DNA from: an uncultured bacterium
GTDB lineage: Bacteria; Cyanobacteriota; Vampirovibrionia; Gastranaerophilales; Gastranaerophilaceae
Direction of reading: 5' to 3'
Assembly: GCA_949292185.1 (NCBI GenBank)
Contig: CASEYP010000002.1
Coordinates: 46,142-110,141 of the forward strand
Length of the DNA: 64,000 nt
The notes beneath the pieces are model-generated. The model did not search any database. It was not told the DNA's origin and worked only from the letters and a program-made list of their open reading frames with translations. Below, in pieces: positions 30,351-36,710 of this stretch (position 1 is the stretch's first letter; each line of letters opens with the position of its first letter). The translations under genes were made by a program, and so were the position numbers.

Positions 30351-30980
30351 ATGTATAATAAACTTATGAATAAAAAGATTCCTAAAAAAGTTATTAACCG
30401 TTTAACCCTATATCATTGCATTTTGCAGGATTTTATCAATAAAAATACGGAATATATTTCAAGTAAACAAATCGCAACACTTTTAAAAATTGACGATTCA
30501 CAAGTGAGAAAAGATATTAATTTACTGAACAATTCCGGCAAATCCAGAGTTGGATATTACGTAAAAGAATTAAAAAAATCAATAGAAACATCACTTGGTT
30601 TTGCAAAAACTAAAAATGCTCTTATTATTGGAGCCGGAAACCTTGGAATGGCACTTGCAAAATATGACAACTTTACAAGTTACGGTCTTAATATTACAAC
30701 TCTGTTTGATAATGATAAAACCAAAATCGGAAAAGAAATTAATAATAAAAAAATTCTTGATATAAAAACCCTTTCAACATTCACAAAAGAAAATAAAGTT
30801 GAAATCGCAATTTTAACAGTTCCAGGCAAATTTGCACAACAAACAGCAGATTTTATAATAAAATCAAACATTAAATATATATGGAATTTTACACCTACAG
30901 TATTAGATGTACCAGAAGATGTTCAAGTCTGGAATGAAAATCTTATGGGGAATTTTCTACAATTCACATATAATATTTAA
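30351..30980 (+). CDS. rex: Redox-sensing transcriptional repressor Rex
   Basis: 209 aa. Winged-helix N-terminus (IPKKVINRLTLYHCIL) and Rossmann GAGNLGMAL. Confidence 0.88.
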   Translation: MYNKLMNKKIPKKVINRLTLYHCILQDFINKNTEYISSKQIATLLKIDDSQVRKDINLLNNSGKSRVGYYVKELKKSIETSLGFAKTKNALIIGAGNLGMALAKYDNFTSYGLNITTLFDNDKTKIGKEINNKKILDIKTLSTFTKENKVEIAILTVPGKFAQQTADFIIKSNIKYIWNFTPTVLDVPEDVQVWNENLMGNFLQFTYNI

Positions 30981-30987
30981 ACTTGCC

Positions 30988-31791
30988 TTATTTTAAAACA
31001 TCCATAAATTGAAAACGATTTTCTGATTTGAAAGATTTTGACATATTTAATTCATAAATCATTTTTAAACCTTCCAAAGTTAAAATAGGATTAACATAAT
31101 CAAAAGGTCGTTTTAAATAATTAGCAATCAATCCGCAATATCCGCCGGTTGCAATAATTGTAGCTTTTTCGCCAAGTTCTTCTTCACATTGAGACACCAA
31201 CCCGTCAACCATACAAGCGGTACCTCTTATAACACCTGATAATATAGCTTCTGTAGTATTATGACCAACTGCTCTTTGCGAAATTGATACATCAATTTTA
31301 GGAAGTTTTGAAGTTGAATTTTTCAAACATTTCATCTGTGTGTTAATTCCAGGTGCAATAACGCCGCCTAAAAATTCATTTTTAGAATTTATAATATCAA
31401 AAGTTGTAGCCGTTCCAAAATCAATAACAATAACAGCGCCTTTATACTTATTAGAAACAGCAACAGCATTAGCTAATCTGTCTGCACCAACTTCACGAGG
31501 ATTGTCAGTTGCAATTTTAATACCTAAATTAACATCACAATCAACAAATACGGATTTTAAATTAAAAGCATTATCACAAGCTCTTTTAAATTTAATATTC
31601 AATTCCTCAACAACAGATCCGATAACACATCCGTCAATCTTATAATCTTTAAACAATGACTTTAAAATATTTTCATATTCTTCACCGGTCAAATCTCTAT
31701 CCGATGCCAAACGAAATTCATTAATATATTTATTATTATCAAATAAACCTAGGGTAATATTAGTATTTCCGATATCTGCTGTTAATAACAT
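30988..31791 (-). CDS. coaX: Type III pantothenate kinase
   Basis: 267 aa with LLTADIGNTNI, IDFGTATT and ATGG motifs. Confidence 0.9.
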   Translation of the reverse strand: MLLTADIGNTNITLGLFDNNKYINEFRLASDRDLTGEEYENILKSLFKDYKIDGCVIGSVVEELNIKFKRACDNAFNLKSVFVDCDVNLGIKIATDNPREVGADRLANAVAVSNKYKGAVIVIDFGTATTFDIINSKNEFLGGVIAPGINTQMKCLKNSTSKLPKIDVSISQRAVGHNTTEAILSGVIRGTACMVDGLVSQCEEELGEKATIIATGGYCGLIANYLKRPFDYVNPILTLEGLKMIYELNMSKSFKSENRFQFMDVLK

Positions 31792-31796
31792 AAAAA

Positions 31797-31823
31797 ATAG
31801 TCCTCACATATCACAAGGACTAT
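31797..31823 (-). terminator. Terminator/attenuator hairpin whose 3' arm contains the coaX Shine-Dalgarno
   Basis: Minus strand: AATAGTCCT-tgtgatatgtg-AGGACTATT-TTTTT-ATG(coaX). 8-9 bp stem plus U-run. GAGGA SD lies 9 nt before the ATG and inside the hairpin. Confidence 0.6.
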
Positions 31824-31853
31824 TCTATTACAAATATAGTTTTATTGTAAAGT

Positions 31854-32057
31854 CTAAATATTACCTAAATTATTCATCTGAGTAGCAGTAGTAGCTGCAG
31901 ATGCAGATGCAGGTGAAACAAGACCTTTTGATAACAATTCAGATAAATTAAACTTTTTCTTTTGTTGGTTTACTAAATAAGTTTTTGTACTATCTGCAAA
32001 ATCATTAACTTTATTAACAGCTGCTCCTGTAATTTTTGAAATTGATAATTCGGACAT
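31854..32057 (-). CDS. 67-aa hypothetical protein driven by a regulon motif
   Basis: GGAGGATGAGG RBS upstream. Motif site 35 nt upstream of the ATG. Ala/Ser/Thr-rich C-terminus. Confidence 0.55.
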   Translation of the reverse strand: MSELSISKITGAAVNKVNDFADSTKTYLVNQQKKKFNLSELLSKGLVSPASASAATTATQMNNLGNI

Positions 32058-32092
32058 AACCTCATCCTCCGTAGTTCATAATCGTTCTTATT

Positions 32093-32123
32093 TATATAAA
32101 GTATTTTTTAATGAGAGAATTGC
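32093..32123 (-). promoter_or_regulatory. Regulon motif site: GCAATT-N13-ATACTTTATATA
   Basis: Exact match on the minus strand (plus strand reads TATATAAAGTAT-N13-AATTGC), ending 35 nt upstream of the ATG at 32057. Confidence 0.6.
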
Positions 32124-32199
32124 ATAAAAACAAAATTATTGTTACATAAGTTTACAAAAAGGAAAAATAAATGAAATGTATCAAATTGATTGAATAATG

Positions 32200-32227
32200 T
32201 TGACAAAAAATTATGAGCGGATAGAAT
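32200..32227 (+). promoter_or_regulatory. Canonical sigma70-type promoter of tuf
   Basis: TTGACA (32200-32205), 16-nt spacer, TAGAAT (32222-32227), about 67 nt upstream of the tuf ATG. Contrasts with the regulon motif. Confidence 0.5.
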
Positions 32228-32294
32228 TAAGAATATCGTAAGATACTAAGTGTATAGTATTATATAGTAGACAAAAAAGAAGGAGATTAATCTC

Positions 32295-33503
32295 ATGGCA
32301 CGTGAAAAGTATGAACGTACGAAACCGCACGTTAACGTAGGTACAATTGGCCACGTTGACCACGGTAAAACTACATTAACAGCAGCAATTACCGGTACAT
32401 TAGCAGCAGCTGGTAAAGCAGATGCTAAAAAATTCGATGAAATCGATGCTGCTCCAGAAGAAAAAGCAAGAGGTATTACTATCTCTACTGCACACGTAGA
32501 ATACGAAACAGACAAAAGACACTATGCTCACGTTGACTGCCCAGGCCACGCTGACTATGTTAAAAACATGATTACAGGTGCAGCTCAAATGGATGGAGCT
32601 ATCTTGGTAGTTGCAGCAACTGATGGTGCTATGCCTCAAACTCGTGAACACATCTTGTTAGCAAGACAGGTTGGTGTTCCTAACCTAGTTGTATTCTTAA
32701 ACAAATGCGATATGGTTGATGATCCAGAATTATTAGACTTAGTTGAAATGGAAGTTAGAGAAATCCTTTCTCAATACGATTTCGACGGAGATAACATCCC
32801 ATTCATCCGTGGTTCAGCTTTAAAAGCTTTAGAAGCAGTTCAAGCTAATCCAAATATCCAAAGAGGAGAAAATGAATGGACAGATAAAATTTGGGAATTA
32901 ATGGATGCATTAGATACATACTTCCCAGATCCAGTTAGAGACTTAGACAAACCATTCTTGATGCCAATCGAAGACATCTTCTCTATCACTGGTCGTGGTA
33001 CTGTTGCTACAGGCCGTGTAGAACGTGGTATTGTTAAAGTTGGTGATGAAGTTGAATTAGTTGGTATCAAACCTACTAAGAAAACTACAGTTACTGGTGT
33101 TGAAATGTTCAGAAAATCACTTGACCAAGGTCAAGCTGGTGATAACATCGGTGCTTTACTTCGTGGTGTTGATAAAACTGAAGTTGAACGTGGTCAAGTT
33201 TTGGCTAAACCTGGTTCAATTCACCCACACACTAAATTCACAGCTAACGTTTACGTATTAACAAAAGAAGAAGGTGGACGTCACACTCCATTCTTCCCAG
33301 GTTACAGACCTCAATTCTACATCAGAACTACTGACGTAACTGGTACTATCCAATTTGACGGTCAAATGGTAATGCCTGGTGATAACGTTGTTATGACAGT
33401 TGAATTGATTGCCCCTGTTGCTATTGAACAAGGTATGAGATTCGCTATCCGTGAAGGTGGTAGAACTGTTGGTGCTGGTGTTGTTGACTCTATTATCGAA
33501 TAG
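32295..33503 (+). CDS. tuf: Elongation factor Tu
   Basis: 402 aa with [17 protein letters not shown] and NKCD motifs. Contains [16 protein letters not shown], matching the insertion I recall from cyanobacterial/plastid EF-Tu. Confidence 0.97.
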   Translation: MAREKYERTKPHVNVGTIGHVDHGKTTLTAAITGTLAAAGKADAKKFDEIDAAPEEKARGITISTAHVEYETDKRHYAHVDCPGHADYVKNMITGAAQMDGAILVVAATDGAMPQTREHILLARQVGVPNLVVFLNKCDMVDDPELLDLVEMEVREILSQYDFDGDNIPFIRGSALKALEAVQANPNIQRGENEWTDKIWELMDALDTYFPDPVRDLDKPFLMPIEDIFSITGRGTVATGRVERGIVKVGDEVELVGIKPTKKTTVTGVEMFRKSLDQGQAGDNIGALLRGVDKTEVERGQVLAKPGSIHPHTKFTANVYVLTKEEGGRHTPFFPGYRPQFYIRTTDVTGTIQFDGQMVMPGDNVVMTVELIAPVAIEQGMRFAIREGGRTVGAGVVDSIIE

Positions 33504-33529
33504 TTTTATTAACCATTCAATATAAATAA

Positions 33530-33560
33530 AAAGACTTGATATCAAAGATATCAAGTCTTT
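33530..33560. terminator. Bidirectional terminator shared by tuf (+) and the RHH operon (-)
   Basis: 14-bp perfect stem AAAGACTTGATATC / GATATCAAGTCTTT with loop AAA and A/T runs on both sides. Confidence 0.85.
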
Positions 33561-33637
33561 TTGTTACTTACATTACTTTCATAATCTTTACCGAGAAAAC
33601 TTATTATAAATCCAGAAGACCTCTTACATTTATAAAT

Positions 33638-33814
33638 TTATGCTAATAAAGCTTCTAAAATCTTAGCATTAGTTTGAGCTCTGCGAATATTTAATAAATA
33701 TTTTTCAACATTTGCTCTAATTTCTTGAGCATCGTTATCCAAATATTTCACTTCGCTATCAAGCATTTTCAAATATTCATTTACTGTAATCATTTGATAA
33801 CTTTTGTTATTCAT
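33638..33814 (-). CDS. 58-aa micro-protein, paralogue family member (ITVxEY motif and NAKILEALLA tail)
   Basis: Own translation: MNNKSYQMITVNEYLKMLDSEVKYLDNDAQEIRANVEKYLLNIRRAQTNAKILEALLA. Below the track's length cut-off. Starts 39 nt downstream of the RHH gene, with GGGGAA before the ATG. Confidence 0.7.
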   Translation of the reverse strand: MNNKSYQMITVNEYLKMLDSEVKYLDNDAQEIRANVEKYLLNIRRAQTNAKILEALLA

Positions 33815-33853
33815 TTCCCCAATTCCTTTTTCTAAATTTCCCCTTTTAAAATT

Positions 33854-34042
33854 TTAACCTAACAGAGCTTCTAATATTTCTGCATTTGAAACAGCCTTTT
33901 TACCATTTCTAACTTGTGATCTGTACATATAAGTTCTTAATGCTTCTCTGATCAATTCTGAACGTGTACGATTTTCTGAATCTGCAACTGAATCGATTTC
34001 ATTTAAAAACTTTTCAGGCATTGAAATTAATACTCTTGCCAT
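33854..34042 (-). CDS. Ribbon-helix-helix (CopG/Arc-like) DNA-binding protein with family-specific C-terminal tail
   Basis: 62 aa: MARVLISMPEKFLNEIDSVADSENRTRSELIREALRTYM (strand-helix-helix pattern) followed by the tail ...KKAVSNAEILEALLG. Confidence 0.8.
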   Translation of the reverse strand: MARVLISMPEKFLNEIDSVADSENRTRSELIREALRTYMYRSQVRNGKKAVSNAEILEALLG

Positions 34043-34085
34043 ATTTTTCTCCTTTAATTTTTCCTATTTGTAATCCCCTTACTTA

Positions 34086-34116
34086 TATATAAAGTATTTT
34101 TGTTTGCAAAAATTGC
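34086..34116 (-). promoter_or_regulatory. Regulon motif site: GCAATT-N13-ATACTTTATATA
   Basis: Exact match on the minus strand, ending 43 nt upstream of the RHH ATG (34042). Confidence 0.6.
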
Positions 34117-34209
34117 GCATTTTATAAAGAAAAAGTATATAATCTTAATATAATGTTACAATTCAAAAAGCAAGAGCCACAAGGAATATAAACCCCTAAA
34201 CACACAAAA

Positions 34210-34239
34210 AGGATGTTGAGTATAATACTTCAACATCCT
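34210..34239 (-). terminator. Terminator of the 99-aa gene
   Basis: Stem AGGATGTTGA(G) / (T)TCAACATCCT with an 8-nt loop. On the minus strand it is followed by TTTTTGTGTG. Confidence 0.75.
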
Positions 34240-34264
34240 AAACTGTTTATATTGTGATCTTGAA

Positions 34265-34564
34265 TTAACCTAACATAGATTCAAGAAGATAAGCATTAAT
34301 TCTAGCTTTACGAGATTTGCTTAAAGACAATTCTATTGATTTTTCGATTTCTCTATCTTCAGCAGTTGAATATTTAACTTTGTCTAAAGCTGATGCATAT
34401 TCTTTTACTGTTATAAATTGAGAAGCTTGGGATAATGCACATTGAGCTTTTAAAGATTTAGCATAATCAGATGCTGTAATCATTGTATGTCTTTGAGCAT
34501 TCTCTTTTTTCATTGACTCAACATAGTCATTAACTGTCATTAAATCTGAATAATTATTGTTCAT
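34265..34564 (-). CDS. 99-aa paralogue with a triplicated N-terminal module and the family tail (INAYLLESMLG)
   Basis: Three copies of h-[IM]-T-[VA]-x-[DE]-Y-[VA]-x-[SA]-[ML]-x at residues 8-19, 28-39 and 50-61. Has its own motif promoter and terminator. Confidence 0.7.
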   Translation of the reverse strand: MNNNYSDLMTVNDYVESMKKENAQRHTMITASDYAKSLKAQCALSQASQFITVKEYASALDKVKYSTAEDREIEKSIELSLSKSRKARINAYLLESMLG

Positions 34565-34602
34565 ATATTTCCCCTGTTCTCTTAATATTTTACCCTTACA
34601 TA

Positions 34603-34633
34603 TATATAAAGTATTTTTCTATTTAAAAATTGC
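34603..34633 (-). promoter_or_regulatory. Regulon motif site: GCAATT-N13-ATACTTTATATA
   Basis: Exact match on the minus strand, ending 38 nt upstream of the ATG at 34564. Confidence 0.6.
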
Positions 34634-34695
34634 CTATTTTTTATATAAATTTTACATATTTTAACATTTAAATACAAGTTCTTAACAAATCGAAA

Positions 34696-34718
34696 GGGGC
34701 AGGCGTTAAACCTGTCCC
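34696..34718 (-). terminator. Weak terminator hairpin after 56-aa gene copy 1
   Basis: GGGGCAGG / CCTGTCCC arms (one mismatch when read on the minus strand), followed by CTTTCGATT as at copy 2. Confidence 0.45.
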
Positions 34719-34749
34719 TTAAACTTGTATCTTAATAGAATCCTATTTA

Positions 34750-34920
34750 TTAAGCTAATAAAGCTTCAACGATTTTGGCATTTGTTTTTGCTCTTTGAAC
34801 ACTTAATAAATATTTTTCAACACTTGCTTCAATTTCTTTTTCTTCGATTGATAAACATTTTACATTATCTAAGCTATCAACATAATCTTTAACTGTTATC
34901 ATTTCATAATCATTTCTCAT
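34750..34920 (-). CDS. 56-aa micro-protein, copy 1
   Basis: Own translation: MRNDYEMITVKDYVDSLDNVKCLSIEEKEIEASVEKYLLSVQRAKTNAKIVEALLA. AAGGGGAAAAG RBS. Protein identical to copy 2, with only synonymous DNA differences. Confidence 0.8.
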   Translation of the reverse strand: MRNDYEMITVKDYVDSLDNVKCLSIEEKEIEASVEKYLLSVQRAKTNAKIVEALLA

Positions 34921-34965
34921 AATCTTTTCCCCTTATATTTTTTTTATTCTCTTATCCCTTACATA

Positions 34966-34996
34966 TATATAAAGTATTTTTCTATTTAAAAATTGC
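34966..34996 (-). promoter_or_regulatory. Regulon motif site: GCAATT-N13-ATACTTTATATA
   Basis: Exact match on the minus strand, ending 45 nt upstream of the ATG at 34920. Confidence 0.6.
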
Positions 34997-35068
34997 CTAT
35001 TTTGTAGTTATTTTGTATATAATTTTTACATATTTTAATACCTATAAAATCACTAATCATAATCGAAA

Positions 35069-35099
35069 GGGCAGAATTAAATTTAATTTAATTCTGCCC
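35069..35099 (-). terminator. Terminator after 56-aa gene copy 2
   Basis: 13-bp perfect stem GGGCAGAATTAAA / TTTAATTCTGCCC with a 5-nt loop, followed on the minus strand by TTTCGATT. Confidence 0.7.
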
Positions 35100-35131
35100 T
35101 TATAAACTTTTTATAGATTATATTTTATTTA

Positions 35132-35302
35132 TTAAGCTAATAAAGCTTCAACGATTTTAGCATTTGTTTTTGCTCTTTGTACACTTAATAAATATTTTTC
35201 AACGCTTGCTTCAATCTCTTTTTCTTCAATTGATAAACATTTTACATTATCTAAGCTATCAACATAATCTTTAACTGTTATCATTTCATAATCATTTCTC
35301 AT
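35132..35302 (-). CDS. 56-aa micro-protein, copy 2
   Basis: Same 56-aa protein as copy 1. Five nucleotide differences, all at third codon positions and all synonymous. Confidence 0.8.
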   Translation of the reverse strand: MRNDYEMITVKDYVDSLDNVKCLSIEEKEIEASVEKYLLSVQRAKTNAKIVEALLA

Positions 35303-35348
35303 AATCTTTTCCCCTTATTTTTCTCTTTATTTTCTTATCCCTTACACA

Positions 35349-35379
35349 TATATAAAGTATTTTTCTATTTAAAAATTGA
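35349..35379 (-). promoter_or_regulatory. Regulon motif site, variant TCAATT-N13-ATACTTTATATA
   Basis: One mismatch (T for G) in the distal hexamer. Ends 46 nt upstream of the ATG at 35302. Confidence 0.55.
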
Positions 35380-35420
35380 TTAATTCTTATCTATAGTTTA
35401 TATACTTTTTAAATAGAAAA
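35361..35420. repeat. 15-bp perfect inverted repeat overlapping the copy-2 promoter spacer
   Basis: TTTTCTATTTAAAAA (35361-35375) and TTTTTAAATAGAAAA (35406-35420), separated by 30 nt. Confidence 0.7.
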
Positions 35421-35559
35421 AGCTCAGAATCACGTATGGCTTGATTTATGACAAACAATACCCGTTTACAAAACTTAATAAATTCTAAAAAGCATATAAC
35501 TCATAGTTCATTTGAAGTAAAATTAAAGAAGGAAATAGCTAGTAAAAAAGGAAATATAA

Positions 35560-36657
35560 ATGCTTAGAACAGGGATTGTAGGATTACCAAATGTAGGGAA
35601 GTCAACATTATTCAATGCACTTACAAGTGCTAGAAATGCACAAAGTGCAAACTATCCATTTTGTACAATAGAGCCGAATATTGGAGTTGTTGATGTTCCT
35701 GATGAGAGATTACCAATACTTGCAAAATTATGTAAAACAGACACAATAATACCAACAGCAATAGAATTTGTTGATATTGCAGGATTAGTAAAAGGCGCAA
35801 GCAAAGGAGAAGGTTTAGGAAACCAATTTTTACAAAACATCAGAGAAGTTGATGCAATCATACAAGTTGTAAGATGTTTTGATGATGAAAACACAATACA
35901 CGTAGCTGGTAAAGTTGATCCGCTTAGCGATATCGAAACAATAAACACTGAATTAGCACTTGCAGATATGGCTTCAATAGAACGAAGACAAGCAAGAATT
36001 GCAAAAACAGTCAAAGGCGGAGATAAAGAAGCTGTATTGGAAGATAAAGTTCTCAATAAATTAACAGAATTGTTATCTGATTGTACATTTATTGATATAA
36101 CAAAACATTTTGATGAAGATGAACTTCCAATAGTAAAAAGATTGAATTTATTATCTGCTAAGCCTGTAATTTACTGCGCAAATGTTTCTGAATTTGATTT
36201 GAAAAACGGAAACGATTACACTAAAAAAGTTGAAGAATATGCAAAAGCACACGGTGCTGAAATGGTTATAATTACTGCAAAAATAGAAGAAGAACTTGCA
36301 GATTTAGGGCATGAAGAAGCTCAAGAATATCTAAAAGAATTAGGAATTGAAGATAGCGGTATAAACAGAATGATAAAATCTGTTTATAACTTGCTAAAAC
36401 TAAGAACCTTCATTACTGCCGGAGAAAAAGAAGTTCGAGCTTGGACAATTCCTGCAGGAACAAAAGCACCTCAAGCTGCCGGTGTAATTCATACAGATTT
36501 TGAAAAAGGCTTTATTAGAGCTGAAATAACACCTTACAAGGACTTTGTTGAACTTGGTTCATATAATGCTTGCAAGGAAAAAGGTGTAACAAGACTTGAA
36601 GGTAAAGATTATGTAATCCAAGATGGAGATCTTGTTCACTTTAGATTTGCGGTATAA
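35560..36657 (+). CDS. ychF: Ribosome-binding ATPase YchF
   Basis: 365 aa. GIVGLPNVGKST, DIAGLV and a C-terminal TGS-like domain. Confidence 0.93.
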   Translation: MLRTGIVGLPNVGKSTLFNALTSARNAQSANYPFCTIEPNIGVVDVPDERLPILAKLCKTDTIIPTAIEFVDIAGLVKGASKGEGLGNQFLQNIREVDAIIQVVRCFDDENTIHVAGKVDPLSDIETINTELALADMASIERRQARIAKTVKGGDKEAVLEDKVLNKLTELLSDCTFIDITKHFDEDELPIVKRLNLLSAKPVIYCANVSEFDLKNGNDYTKKVEEYAKAHGAEMVIITAKIEEELADLGHEEAQEYLKELGIEDSGINRMIKSVYNLLKLRTFITAGEKEVRAWTIPAGTKAPQAAGVIHTDFEKGFIRAEITPYKDFVELGSYNACKEKGVTRLEGKDYVIQDGDLVHFRFAV

Positions 36658-36682
36658 GTAAAACTGAAACGCAATATAAAAA

Positions 36683-36704
36683 AGACCGATTTAATAATCG
36701 GTCT
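36683..36704. terminator. Bidirectional terminator between ychF and the GH13-like gene
   Basis: AGACCGATT-taat-AATCGGTCT with flanking A-run and T-run. Confidence 0.8.
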
Positions 36705-36710
36705 TTTTAT

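Noticed and set aside
33638-34042. Type II toxin-antitoxin reading (RHH antitoxin followed by a small toxin)
   Set aside because: The downstream 58-aa protein shares the C-terminal tail and apparently the whole fold pattern with the RHH protein. It has three solitary paralogues with their own promoters and resembles no toxin family I know. The repressor/anti-repressor reading fits better. I cannot formally exclude a TA system.
33638-35302. RiPP/bacteriocin precursor array (multiple near-identical small peptides)
   Set aside because: There is no Cys/Ser/Thr-rich core, no double-Gly leader, and no adjacent maturase, protease or dedicated transporter. The conserved part is the C-terminal helix-like tail, with no variable core behind a conserved leader.
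34600-35400. Possible CRISPR-like or MITE-like array (regularly spaced repeats with hairpins)
   Set aside because: The period is about 382 bp. The repeated units are complete promoter-CDS-terminator cassettes whose differences respect a reading frame. I saw no short direct repeats separated by unique spacers and no terminal inverted repeats or target-site duplications.
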